Shown in pieces: positions 48,719 through 61,744 of a stretch of DNA of 64,000 bases (its first letter is position 1; each line of letters opens with the position of its first letter). A model generated the notes under the pieces. That model was given only the letters and a program-made list of their open reading frames with translations. It searched no databases and was not told the DNA's origin. The position numbers and the translations under genes were made by a program. The stretch is from the NCBI RefSeq assembly GCF_006345805.1, contig NC_042998.1, forward strand, positions 33,046,001 to 33,110,000, given 5' to 3'. Source of the DNA: Octopus sinensis. Its lineage: Eukaryota.

Positions 48719-49775
48719 ATATATATATACATAATACTTAATTACTTGCATACATACATATACATTCATATATACATACATGCATGCATACATACAGACA
48801 GAGCGACGGAAGGGACTTTTTTATGTATGTGTATCTGCGTTCGTCGGCGTATGTGTGGTCGTTTAAATACATAAATTCTCTGTATTAAGAAAATATATCG
48901 TAGACCGAAAAAAAAACGAGCCGCTAAACCCTGAGAGAGGAAACCTATAGTGTGTGACACTTCTTTTAGACCGGATCAATTTACATAATTGACTCGTATC
49001 CCTCTAACAATCTGCCTCTTTCTTTTGACATACTGTTTCCATCCGAGTATAAAAGTGCAAGGCACTTGTATTTTAATTGTTTGGTTTAATTTTGCGTTCT
49101 ATATTTCTTTCTTCATATTCGTTCTTGTTTCAAAGATTTGTTTTGGGTTAGAGTAAAAGAAGTGAGAAATATGGTTGTCGATGTTGCATATGATACCAAT
49201 GACGACCACCATGAGGTGGTGACGGCGACGGCGATGATGATGATGATGATGATGATAATGGTGATGGTGATTCGGGCGTGGCGCGGCAGACGATCAAATG
49301 GTGGTTTTTGACTCCAAGGGAAAATTTTTATGGTGACTTGTGTGTGTGTGCATGTGTGTGTACATGTATGTGTGTGTATGCGCGCGCGTGTGCGCATGTG
49401 TATGCATGAGTGAGTGCACATACATACATACATACACACGCACTCACATGCATTCACATACACTCACACATACATACCACGTGCTCACACACATATAAAA
49501 AATACACACGCACTCACACACACATACATACATACACACACAAGCACTCACACATACATACACACGCACTCACATGCACATACACACACATACATATGTA
49601 CATACACACGCACTCACACAAATACACACATACAAACATACACACGTACATACATACAAGCATACATACATACACATACATACATACATACATACATACG
49701 TACATACTCATGCACTCACACACACACAAATTCAAACACACATACGCATGCACTCACACACATACATATATACAT
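46380..49775. repeat. Dense block of (TA)n, (TATG)n, (CATA)n and (CA)n microsatellites with short repeat fragments
   Basis: Direct observation. Includes repeat fragments at 46755-46920, 47235-47328, 47385-47462 and 48440-48490. Confidence 0.9.
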
Positions 49776-50035
49776 AGTGGCTATGATGTTGCCCTAACGG
49801 TCGCTAGATCGATTCCCGGACCGAGCGGTGCGTTGTTTCCTTAAACAAAATACTTCATTTCCTGCTGCCTCAGTCCACTCGGCTGTAAAAGGGTCACCCA
49901 GCTACAGACTAGTCTTTCGATCACAAAGAACCTTCGCCTGATCACCTAGCCAGCAGGGCAGCATCATTCAAAAGCTAAAACGATGTAAAGCGCATTGTGA
50001 CCAGCGATGTATAACAGTATCCGATAGCATTGTAC
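49775..50035 (+). mobile_element. Diverged SINE with D-type body and the tail shared with 2715-2987
   Basis: aaaatacttcatttcctgctgcctcagtccactc body, tail aaagctaaaacgatgtaaagcgcattgtgaccagcgatgt. Confidence 0.7.
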
Positions 50036-50507
50036 AGGATTTTGCAGTCATTTCCGTACGTTTGCCATTCAATTTGACAATCAGGTCGTTCAAAGTCGCG
50101 AAAGAAATTAGCGCCGTGAAGTTTGTCATTCTAATTCGTTTTTCGATCATTCAATTTCGCACTTGCGTCAAAGAATTTAGCAATTACATCAGTCAAATTA
50201 AAATGGCTGTCGAGAGCATTTCAGATTAGTCAGAATGCGTGAGCATTCGAGATCGGAATAAGTTTATTCAATTTAGCACTAATTTAACATATGTGTGTTT
50301 TTACTCACATTCTGAGAAATGAATGTTATAAAGGACAAATTTTAATGACATGTTTTGTCATGCAAATTTTATTATGTTGTCATAGCCACAAGGAAGAAAT
50401 ACATTCTGTGATTTTTCTTTCCACGGAAGTCTTTTTCATTGCAATAGTCGTAACCGGTCTGGATCGGTTGCGTTTTATATTCCTTTCTCTTACCCCAATT
50501 TATAATC

Positions 50508-51545
50508 ATGGAGCCACACGTAAGGTACATGCATACATCTGACGAAGATAGGGCAAGACTTGTTGACGCCTTCGGGGGTTGGGGGTCATCAAATCGATAA
50601 CCTGCAGCTTCGCATTAAAAGGAGTACTCCCCGATCCGTAGTAGCCACCTAGCTACGGTCTGGAGGTGCCCACCACGTGAAAGCTGATGAGGAAATGCGA
50701 GCCAGGCTTCAGGTGATTATTAACGCCAACCCATTCGCAACCCTTCAACGGATGAAGAGGAACTTAGAGGCAGCAACGCCTAGAAAGCCGCCTGTTTCCG
50801 TGTCTGCAATCTCACAGGCTCTAGACGGGATGCTGATAACTATGAAGATGGCCGAAGACGTCCCAGATGCAATAAATGCGCCAAGAACTCTGGAAAAGGG
50901 TTATGGATAGGCGCATTGTTTCATGGAAGAGGGAATCGTCGATCATTGCCAATTCATTGATGAATGTGGGTGCAACATTTGGACCAGGCGGTCTTTTGGA
51001 CGTTCCTCTTCGCCGAGTTGTCAACTGTCAGGGTGGGGAAAACTGCAACGTCACTTTCGCGGCGCCGGAGGAAATCGGCCTGGTTCACCACTCCATTGCG
51101 GACCATACCGTAACACGAAAACACTTTCGAGAAGTTCTTGGCGGAAACAATTCTACTTCATCTACGACAACGCGCGGTCACACGTTCGTGCCGAGCTCCC
51201 AACTGACGCCGACCCACGGATCAGTTTGAAACTCCCTATTCGCCGTTTCTTAAGTGCACGGAAATGGCGCATTCTGCCTTTAAGGCGGCTGCCAAGCGCG
51301 ACCTCACTCGAGCTGAGTTGCAGCAAATGGTTGGCGACCGAGGAGCTCAAGAAGAAACCAACATGAACATGGATGAATGGCGAGCACATGTCATATAACA
51401 GGTCGCAAGGCGTAACATCGACGCTATCACTCCAGAGAATAGTGTTCGTTGGTATAGACACACCCAGACCTACCTACCGAGATGCCTCGATCAGCACGAA
51501 ATCCTCTCAAACGAACTCCCCTAATCAAGACTGTAAATCAATAAT
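50508..51545 (+). mobile_element. Tc1/IS630-like DDE transposase pseudogene
   Basis: IINANPFATLQRMK...VSVSAISQALDGMLITMK, FIDECGCNIWTRRSFGRS, YDNARSH, SPFL...AFKAAAKRDL, with many frameshifts. Confidence 0.85.
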
Positions 51546-51638
51546 TATCTTAGTGTAGACAGCAAGCACCCTTTCCCCGATGAAAGAAAACTGCAAGATC
51601 AAAGAAATATATATTTTTCCCAAGACATTATGCAAAGT

Positions 51639-52040
51639 AGGCGTAGGAGTGGCTGTGTGGTAAGTAGCTTGTTTACCAACCACATGGTTCCGGGTTCAGT
51701 CCCACTGCGTGGCATCTTGGGCAAGTGTTTTCTGCTATAGCCCCGGGCCGACCAATGCCTTGTGAGTGGATTTGGTAGACGGAAACTGAAAGAAGCCTGT
51801 CGTATATATGTATATATTTGTATGTATGTGTGTTTGTGTGTCTGTGTTTGTACCCCTAGCATTGCTTGACAACCGATGCTGGTGTGTTTACGTCCCCGTC
51901 ACTTAGCGGTTCGGCAAAAGAGACCGATAGAATAAGTACTGGGCTTACAAAGAATACGTCCCGGGGTCAATTTGCTCAACTAAAAGGCGGTGCTCCAGCA
52001 TGACCGCAGTCAAATGACTAAAAGAAGTAAAAAAAAAAAT
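51639..52040 (+). mobile_element. Full-length SINE family B
   Basis: High identity to 42990-43400. Confidence 0.92.
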
Positions 52041-52304
52041 CAAAGAAAATGAGCATTTGTTGTAACTGTGAGTTTCTTTAAAAATATTGGAGAATATTAT
52101 TCCAAACTTAAAGATGGTATAATTTAATTTTTCATTATTGAATCGATAGAAGGTGTTTTTTTTTTCTAATACATACATACATACATACATACATACATAC
52201 ATACATACATGCATACATGCATACATGCATGCATGCATGCATGCATGCATGCATGCATGCATGCATACATGCATACATACATACATACATACATACATAC
52301 ATAC

Positions 52305-52516
52305 ATTTCTTTACTACCCACAAGGGGCTAAACATAGAGGGGACAAACAGGGATTAAGTCGATTACATCGACCCAGTGCGAAACTGGTACTCTATTTATC
52401 GACCCCGAGGGGATGAAAGGCAAAGTCGACCTCGGCGGAATTTGAACTCAGAACGTAGCGAAATATCGCTAAGCATTTCGCCCGGCGCGGTAACGTTTCT
52501 GCCAGCTCGCCGCCTT
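52305..52516 (-). mobile_element. SINE-A with small internal deletions
   Basis: A head and A1 tail. Confidence 0.88.
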
Positions 52517-52541
52517 TATATATATATATATATGCATGCAT

Positions 52542-52579
<38 letters not shown>

Positions 52580-52599
52580 GTTTTATTTTTATGTGCGTG

Positions 52600-52835
52600 T
52601 GTTTTTGTGTGTGTGATTGTGTATGCGTGTCTCTTCCCTACCCCCAAACCTTGACAACCGGTGCTGGTGTGCCTACGATTCCGTAACTTAGCGGTTCGAC
52701 AAAAGGGACCGATCGAATAAGTACCAAGCTTTAAAAAGAAACAAGTACTGAGGCTGATTCATTTGACTAAAATTTCTTCAAGGCCATGCCCCAGCATGGC
52801 CACAGTCTCATGATTGAAACAAGTAAAAGCTAAGA
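52600..52835 (+). mobile_element. SINE-B 3' half
   Basis: ccttgacaaccggtgctgg...gccccagcatggccacagtc...gaaacaagtaaaag. Confidence 0.8.
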
Positions 52836-53369
52836 GACAATATGTTACACTATTAAAATGTCTCCAAGTGAAAAGAACACAACTTCATATTCAAAATATT
52901 TAACTCTTCTCGAAAACTTAAGAATTAAGAAGTTTTCATAAAGTAGATAAGAATATTGGAAACTGACTTTTGGATTTTTTTGTTTCTAAATCTATAAATT
53001 TCAATTAACTCTAGTGTTTCCACTTCGATTGCCAAATTGTTAATAGAATAACCAGGTCTCGACCAAATTCCTCTTTGACTTCGATTATTGGTAAGTTTAA
53101 TAAACAAATATATTATATATTACAATGAATATGGAAGGTTGAGTATTTGCCATGTTACGTTTGATTCCAAAGACTGTAAGCTTTTCCTACAAAAAGTGAC
53201 CAAGTGCATTGTCAAAAGAAATCAACTTTATTGATATAGAAGAGTTGAAATCGAATTCATGATCAGAAGCGTTCCATTTCTGACTATCCTAAATGTGTGT
53301 GTAACAGAGACTACATTACCCAGTGTGTCTCATAGATTAAAACGGTAAGATACTCACAGAGAAACATTT

Positions 53370-54135
53370 GGTTGTTTTTTCTAGTCGGTCGTATGACCAT
53401 GCAGAGTTTCTACTTCGATCGATCGCGATCAAGTTGTTTTGATGTTGCTTGGCATCAAACTGTCCCATCTATGACAAACTGTCCCATCTATGACACAGAT
53501 TTATGCCAACGGGTAAATGTTGTGTATAGAATACAATGTAACAAATGCAACAAGTTCTATGTGGGTAGCACAACAAGACTGTTACACGTCCGCATCAAAG
53601 AACATCTGAACACGAGAGCCTCCTCCTTCAGAAAACATCTAGACAGATGCCGGAACACCGACAAAAGCATAATAGTCACAACTGAGACCAATGAAAGAAA
53701 TTTGGGTAATTTAAGAATTAAGGAAGCTATACTCATTGACAGACTAGGGCCCCAAATTAACAACAGGCTGGAGGTTGGCAATCAATGTATCATTTAGCTA
53801 CATCTGGATGTATGTAGGTTCATTTTTGATAACATGCTCTTTTATTGTTTATAAACAAAAAAAAAGAGTAAAAAGGAGAAGGGGAATAAAGGAAGCTGCA
53901 CGTATAACACATAACTTAGAAGCAGCGCTACGGATGTGCGAGCACAAGCGAGATCGAGACATGGCCGACCTCATGCACTTCTCATGAGGAATCCGGAAGG
54001 AGCTTCATGAGACCAGTGCTGAGACGCTTCCGAAAAAACAAAGAAAAGCCGTTGGAAAACTAATTATAGCAGCGACTCCATCAATTCCTAGGGATAGCTG
54101 AAGAAGGAATTTTTATTCCGAAATATCATCAGATT
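53370..54135 (+). mobile_element. Penelope-like 3' fragment: GIY-YIG domain and terminal repeat
   Basis: NVVYRIQCNKCNKFYVGSTTRLLHVRIKEH...LRIKEAILIDRLGPQIN, followed by non-coding terminal region with hammerhead. Confidence 0.88.
54092..54131 (+). ncRNA. Minimal type I hammerhead motif
   Basis: gatag CTGAAGA A GGAAT-tttt-ATTCC GAAA TA TC atc. Core, stem II and palindromic ATAT intact. Stem I poor. Confidence 0.65.
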
Positions 54136-54342
54136 ATGGATGACTAAATTACAAGAGTTATTATAGTCCGTTGTTTATATTATAGTGCATTGTTGTACCA
54201 TTCGAAACATTTTGTCCTTAATTAAACATCCGTTTAACAAGGTGCTACGTTATTTTGTTCAATTTCTGTACAGACATACATGCATACATACTCATATGAG
54301 TGTATATATATATATGTATGCGTGTGTGCACACGCGTCTATG

Positions 54343-54387
<45 letters not shown>

Positions 54388-54599
54388 TGTGTGTGAGTAT
54401 GCGAGCGTGCGCTTGAATATATATTCCATTCTGTTCTGTAAGTGGGAAACTGCCGATTCAATTTCAATTCTTATTTTGAATTAACATAAAACGTTTTGGG
54501 TCATTTCTTATAATTATAAGAGAAATAATTTCAAGAATATATATCGAAAAATCAATCGATCAACGATCATTATCGTGGGGGAGATAATGGTCCTTTTAT

Positions 54600-54950
54600 T
54601 TCCTATTAAGATTTCGAATTTCAGGAATATTTTATGCTCGAAGTGGGATTTAATTTCAGCTGCTTTGCTAATTCTCGTGCAGTCTGCTTTGGGTTTTCCT
54701 CAGCTTTGGTTTTCAGAAGCTCGATATTGAGAGAATTTGGTCTTCCAGATCGACAGGAATCTGCGAGAGAAAAAATTTCCCGGGCGAAACTGGCCACGTT
54801 AGTGTTGTTATTTCCGGACACTTAAAGTATCATTTCCATAGGCAGAACGAATATTTCTTTCTACTTCCGTTGCTGAAGAGCTCTTATTAAATCCATACAG
54901 CCTGTTGTGCTTGATAAGAATCCGACCTAGATTTCATTTTCAAAGAGTTG
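54600..54950 (-). mobile_element. Mariner transposase N-terminal fragment
   Basis: LYGFNKSSSATEVERNIRSAYG...FSLADSCRSGRP...ENPKQTARELAKQL. Confidence 0.8.
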
Positions 54951-55479
54951 ATCGATACGAATTTTACCACTGTGGAATAAAGTAATCTGTAAAGAAAGAA
55001 ACATCATTAGAATGTAAAACTGAATGCTTATTTTACCATGAATATTGACAAAATATCCTTAGTGTTCATATCAAACATGCCACAGGACTTCGTTTCACTT
55101 TATCGTAATATACTACGAGTGAATATCATTATCTGCTCTCAGATCGTGATCATACAACTGTCGAAAGTAATTTCCAATGGACATATATATGTACATACAT
55201 ACACACATAGTCTTTCAATTTTCTTTTTATTATTTAGTTATTTATTTATTTTGTCAGTTTACTTTATTAGTTCCGGAGAATGTGATGAAACTGTGCTCCT
55301 CGAATTACAAATATTCAGACTCAAATGATTCTATATTTTCAGGCTTGCAGCATGATAAAGACCCACAACCTAACGTAACACATTGGCTTACTGTAAACGA
55401 CCTTCAGTCAGATATGGCCCCCAACGCATAGCTTCCAATTTTTTGAACTAAATAGCAAAAACATCAATTTGAACTCTGA

Positions 55480-56640
55480 TTTGGAAGCAGTAAAATTTCT
55501 TCTTAGTTTCATTTATTCTAGACCTCATCCAGGTAACTATAGATGTGGCCAACAATTATAGCAAAATCGAAGTACAGAAACATACACTTCTCAGAAGAGA
55601 CTTCTGTTTGGAACCTGGAGAAGTGGGGCCGATGAATATGGGAGTAATATTATATTCCTGGGATGATTCATTAAGACGGGACTAGTCCAAAACGGATGAT
55701 TGAGTGTTTACTGGGACAAAGGAAAACCTTCACAGAATACGCCATTTTTTTTAGTTCAGTTTTCAAACATGACACATCTATGCTATTTTTATTGATGTTC
55801 CCGTGTAGGAAATTGATTGGGGTTAATGAATTTTGTGAGACTGAGGAAATTGATTGGTGTTAATGAATTCTCAGAGGTTATGGAATCACAACGGTAAACC
55901 AAATCAAATGTTGTACACCATGATAAAAACTTATTAGAGTTCCAGGGAAGATATTCAGGTAGGCACTAAATACCGGACAAGCATCACCATAAATCTGGTG
56001 CGAAACTGTTCCTGTTCTGCAAATCAAGTTCAGGTTAAACGTATAATACTATCGTGTACAGGAAGGAAGGATAACAGGAAGGAAGACAATAGGGAATGAT
56101 ACAAAATATTATCATGAAACTTCTGTCATCAAATTTATGGAAAGGTTAATGCCTCTCTCTTGACAATATATACATCTCTCCAGCTTATCTGGTAAAATGT
56201 AGTCAAAATACTCTCGTTCTTGGAACATGTTGAGCAAAGAGAAAGTTACTACCAGAGAATGCCAAACGAAAGCTGCCCCAGAAGGGTCGATGATGCAGCA
56301 TCTTTTGGGTAGAAAGATAAGAAACGTGATCTTGTTGTCATCTGCAAGTTAAACGGATATTTCCAAATCAGGCCGAGATGAACAAAAAGCTAGAAATTGT
56401 CGAGCAGTACAGTCACTACATAAGCGGAGTCAACCTTAATGACATGCGCCTTTATGCATTTATTTGATGAAACGAAAGCAAAGAGACGGACAAAACTGTC
56501 CGTGAACATTCTGAGCCATGCGACTCTAAATTCTTATATCTGGTAGTTCACTGTTTCGTATAAAGCGGGGAAGAGGCCAATGCCACAGCAAAAATTTCAA
56601 GTTCAAGTGCTTAAAAGTTTCAATACATCTCAATGCTTCT
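55480..56640 (+). mobile_element. Decayed piggyBac transposase
   Basis: Remnants in order: IP-KHHKSGAKLFLFC, LDNIYISP, KDKKRDL, EIVEQYSHYISGVNLNDMRLY, ATLNSYI. Confidence 0.75.
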
Positions 56641-56732
56641 GAACCAAAAACTTTCATCATGAGCTGAATTTAACGTTAGCATCTTATAAAGCTAGATTAG
56701 TAAATCCTAAAATTGCAGGACAAAACGCTACT

Positions 56733-56805
56733 GGGCAGTTTAGCTTAATGGTAAAGCACTTGCCGCATAATCATAGGAATGTGGGTTCGAGTCCCATGGC
56801 TGGTT
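56733..56805 (+). pseudogene. Solitary tRNA-like sequence (Met-like CAT loop), probably pseudogene or SINE head
   Basis: Box A TAGCTTAATGG, box B GGTTCGAGTCC, T-arm gtggg/cccat intact. Anticodon and acceptor stems mispaired. Confidence 0.6.
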
Positions 56806-57033
56806 GTTAACGAATTTTTCAGCAATATATGTATAATTTATCCTGTTCATGCTATTTTATTAGCATTTATCATTCGTTTGAGAATAAATTATTTCTGTAT
56901 CTTTTATAGTATGGTTTATAGCATTAGTTCTCAACCGGGTTCCATATAAGATGTTGTTAAAATTTATCTGCAATAAATTGCTCGCATTTCTACAATGCCC
57001 AAAATATTAAAATTTTTTAATACATTTCCTAAT

Positions 57034-57437
57034 AATATTCTTTTCTACTCGAGGCACAAAACCCGAAATTTTGGGCGAGGGGGCCAGTCGATTAGATCGA
57101 CACCTGTACGCAACTGGTACTTAATTTATCGATCCCGAAAGGATGAAAGGCAAAGTCAATCTCGGCGGAATTTGAACTCAGAACGTAAAGACAGACGAAA
57201 TTTTTATTTTTTTACTACCCACAAGGGGCGAAACACAGAGAGGACAAACAAGGGCAGACAAACGGATTAAGTCGATTACATCGATCCCAGTGCGTAACTG
57301 GTACTTATTTAATCGACCTCGAAAGGATGAAAGGTAAAGTCGACCTCGGTGGAATTTGAACTCAGAACGTAGCGGCAGACGAAATACCGCTAAGTATTTT
57401 GCCCGACGTGCTAACGTTTCTGCCAGCTCGCCGCCTT
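57034..57437 (-). mobile_element. Chimeric SINE-A dimer: full A1 plus headless A2
   Basis: Same order as 33008-33413, junction at ~57200. Confidence 0.88.
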
Positions 57438-58056
57438 TGAGTGAAATAGATTAGGAAAGGAAAGGGCGTATTAAATAAGAAAACTTTAGACTTGAACATA
57501 GTCGTGTATTTGATGAAACATGAATAAAATTAAAGTTGTTCCGGATATAGCAAAAATGTATCTCTATCTATCCTTATATATATTGTTCACATAATTTGCT
57601 CTATTTTTTAATAGTAGAGGTAAAATGGTTCAACGCTAAATAACTTAGTTTTGTATTTTTTTTTCAATTTATATACACACACATTTTTACATTTATACAC
57701 ACACACGTGTGTGTGTGTTTGTGTGCGTGTATGTATGTATATATGCATGCATGTTTATATATGTGTATATATATGCATTTATGAGTTCATTTATTTGAAG
57801 GTAGTGTTTGCTACTGTCTCTACTCATTCTTTCCTGTTTCCGTTATTTATAACGATTATGCAAAATGGAAACGGGAAGTTCGTTTTCACGACGGGATACG
57901 AATAGACTTTACAATATGTAACGAATAATTGTTTCCCGTTTAAAAGTTTAAAAATTAAAACACACACTTGAGAATGTGTGTGAGTATATCTATCTATCTA
58001 TCTATCTACCTACCTATCTATCTATCTATCTATATATCTATACCTATCTATCTATC

Positions 58057-58108
<52 letters not shown>

Positions 58109-58573
58109 CATATCATAATATCATATCATATGTGTTTGAATTACTTATGTACCTTTACAGCTAAAAGTTAAAGAAATATTTCTGCTCTACATTCTGTATT
58201 ACATTCAGTTTCTCCCGTTTGTACTACTAAAAACTATCATAATCGTATCGTCTGCCAATCGTATCGTCTGCCACATAAGATGTACGGTGAGTGATATATA
58301 ATATTATGCTCACCACCACATTCTTCTGATTAAAGTCATCTGTCTTCCATAAAGGTTATCTTCAGATAATCTATATTTAGCAGAAGTGGTATTTTTTTCG
58401 TCGAAATACCAACTTTTTCTTCACATAATTTGCTTTATTTTTTATTGGTAGAGGTAAGATGGTTCAACGCTAAAGAACTTACTTTCGTATTTAAAAAAAT
58501 TTTTTATCAAGACCACTAACGGGGTAGACACGCAGAGTGAATTATAAAACACGAATGAAACATATGGACATTT

Positions 58574-58578
58574 GATAA

Positions 58579-58617
<39 letters not shown>

Positions 58618-58619
58618 TT

Positions 58620-58674
<55 letters not shown>

Positions 58675-58706
58675 GATAGATAGATAGATATTTAGATAGA
58701 TAGATA
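58574..58706. repeat. (GATA)n at the 3' junction of the Tx1-like LINE
   Basis: Direct observation. Confidence 0.95.
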
Positions 58707-60422
58707 AGTTTCTTTATTGGCCACACAGGGCTGCACACAGATGGGACAAGTTACATGGTAGAGCTTTTCTTTTGGGGGATGAAAAAAACAAAAAACAAAA
58801 AACAAAAGGAAAAAAAAGGGGCGTGGCATAGGTTTTCGATCAAGAGTGATCGTAAAAGGGAAGAAAAGAACAAAAAAAATAAATAAATAAAATAAAAAAT
58901 AAAAAGAATAAAAAGAAAAAAAAAGAAAAGGAAAAGGAACAAAAGAAAAGAGAAATGAAAAAAGAAGAAAAAAGGGGAAAAAAAGGGTAAGAGGAAAAAA
59001 AAACGATCAATAGGGATCGTGTATCACAGTGTTATGATATATGGTGTAAAGGGGAAAGCAAGTAAGGTTTATCCGTGGGAAGAAAAGCCTACGAAAAAGA
59101 CCTTGGTCAATATTGTTGTATGTTACCACATTTGTTTGCAAGTGGGTAACCCTCTGTTTTCAATTTCTGGGTTCATAGGATTATGCTCAAGGTGGCTTCG
59201 TCATTCATACGTGCCATCCTTGCTACATTCACCCATCTTTTTTTAAAACATTCGCTAGACAAAACTTGCCTCTCTACTCTCACTTTCCTTTTCAAGTGGT
59301 ACTTGAAGAAGTTGATGAGAGATTGACCAGAGAGGAAAGTGTTTGTCTCCAATCCTTTCAGACGCGTCCACCAGATACATTCTTTCGCCATAGCCACAAG
59401 AATGATGAAAATAGCTCTTCCTTCCCGTTTGAAGGAAGGAGGCGTGACAATATTGACGATAGACAGCTGATAAACCGACTCGTCCCACACGTGACAGCAG
59501 TTGTTCGACATAAGCCCACAGGTCGGAAATTGTTGGACACTGCACGAGTGCGTGCAGAACGGTTTCGTCGCTCTGACCGCATTTCGGGCAGGTCGGCCCC
59601 GTGTTTCTCGAGCCGTGTTTGTAGAACTTATCCCGAACGGGTAGCGCTTCTCGGTAGCACTGCCAGGCCAGGGATCTCTGGAAGTTGTCCATGGGTCCTG
59701 GCCCGAAAGTCGTCCTGAACAGGCGGGTCAGGTACTCCTCGTCGACGTCCAGGTTCGCCCCGAGCTCGTCGTCGTACCTCCCCTCCACTAATCCCCTATA
59801 GAATGCTTTGGTTGTGTTGAAGTCACTCAAGGTCGACCCAGGACGGCAGAGTTGCTTGAGAGCAACGCGACACTCGCGGTGCCATTCGCCCTTCCTCGGC
59901 CTCTTTTTGATCCACGACTGCAGTTCGGTCATGGAGACGAGCTGCGGGAAAGCGTGCCTCACAAACGGCGACCACACCTGTTCACCGTCGTCTACGAAGA
60001 GCCTGAGATGACGCAGTCTCAGCGCGTGTCTGCGCATCATCAACCACGGCATGCCCAGTCCTCCTTTTAACGGGTGTTGAGAGCAAATGGATCGCCTGAC
60101 CATCGGGACGCATCCTTTCCACAAGAAGCGAAAGAGAATGCGTTGATAGTTTGGTGATGGTAGGGTCGGGACAAGGCACGACGGTCAGGCGGTAGTAGAT
60201 GACGGACGCGATGTACGTGTTCGCCACCTCCGCCCGACCTTTTAGGGACAGTTTCCTCTCGGCCCATTGCCGGGCGAGAGTGACCACCCTACTCGTTATC
60301 TCGTTCCAGTTCTTCTCCACTTGGAGGTCCGGACCAAACCAGACCCCGATCAACTCAACCGGGCCTTCGGTCCAGCGTCCCACGACGGAGGCGCTGGTGG
60401 ACGGCATGGGCCTGCTTCTCCA
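58707..60422 (-). mobile_element. 5'-truncated Tx1/L1-clade LINE (ORF2 C-terminus with CCHC motif) and 3' UTR
   Basis: LIGVWFG, WAERKLSLKGRAEVAN, GGLGMP, CPKCGQSDETVLHALVQC. Two frameshifts, stop at 59173, T-rich UTR ending ccaataaagaaact. Confidence 0.92.
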
Positions 60423-60679
<257 letters not shown>

Positions 60680-61090
60680 TGTCTCATTGTGTTAATGAAT
60701 GTTGTCAAATATGATTTTTTCTACTACAGAAGAGAGATAATTCTATCAGAAGACGGCTATGGCAGTCATTCTTTCCTGACATGCGAACCATCAGCCCAAA
60801 TAATAACCTCAGATAGATATTTATATTCGAGAAATACCTGCTCAGGAATATACTTTTGCGATCTTTTGACCGAGAACTATTCTTTGTAACTTAAAACCTA
60901 AAATTCTGGAAAACCCAGTAACAACTATCAGACGAATGTGAACTTCGAATTGAGTGTCATTAAAAATTCAGAGCAAATATTTATCCAGTCTGACATGAAC
61001 TTATATGAAGTAAACAAGTCATCAAAGCAGCGTAACATGACATGCTGAATTTTATTACTATCAACTGTAAAACAACCAGCATTGAAATAA

Positions 61091-61484
61091 TCTTTATATA
61101 TAAGAGTGAAGTTGTGTGTCTGTCTCCTCCGATTTAGATTCCTAACTACTCCCACATTTTGCGGTGCAGTTTAACCAAAACCGGGTATCTTATAGTCGTG
61201 ATTCATATCGAGCCCTTCTGGGTATTAGAGCGCGTCTACGATGAGTCTACGATTTTAAAATAAATTTACCATCGTTTTTTCCCATTTTTAATGCATTTTT
61301 TGCTATTATATAAGGGAAGTAACTCGCGTCTACGATGAGTCTACGATTTTAAAAAAAAATTACCATAATTTTTCCGCATTTTGAATGCATTTTCGCTCGG
61401 TTTATATAAGGGAAGTAACTCTCTATAAATGATTATATAGTTATTTCCCTTACAAACCCGAGGAACGCCGGGCGATACTGCTAG
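61091..61484 (+). mobile_element. Non-autonomous Helitron
   Basis: A|TC...CTAG|T termini without TSD, subterminal hairpin cccgaggaacgccggg, internal ~96-bp tandem duplication. Confidence 0.85.
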
Positions 61485-61744
61485 TTATCACTAAAAATGA
61501 GTTACCTTGTCCGACTGATTGATAAACGGCTTCCAGTACAAGCTTTATCAGAGAAAACAACCCAAGGAAGAAGAGAAACATTTCAAAATCTGTTGAAAGG
61601 AAAGCTGAGGTTCTGTAACACTAACGGAATGAAATAATAAACGAAATAATGGTTACGGACTGTTTAAGATGAAGAGTATTAGTTCGACAGAACACTTTGA
61701 AAAAAAGAAAATGGTGAGGAGGCAAAATTTAACATTTTGAGGAG

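Noticed and set aside
46380-49844. Many overlapping ORFs rich in Y/I/M/V/C/H/T
   Set aside because: Translations of (TA)n, (TATG)n and (CA)n. The same applies to similar ORFs at 3550-4004, 21167-22492, 25635-26002, 28166-29031, 51945-52416 and 60355-60708.
59266-60070. Plus-strand ORFs in a GC-rich island (possible contaminant or horizontally acquired gene)
   Set aside because: Antisense to the Tx1-like ORF2. The GC content is that of the retroelement.
60700-61080. Minus-strand VIIWADG motif suggesting a DDE transposase relic
   Set aside because: A single short motif among stops is not enough to assign a family.
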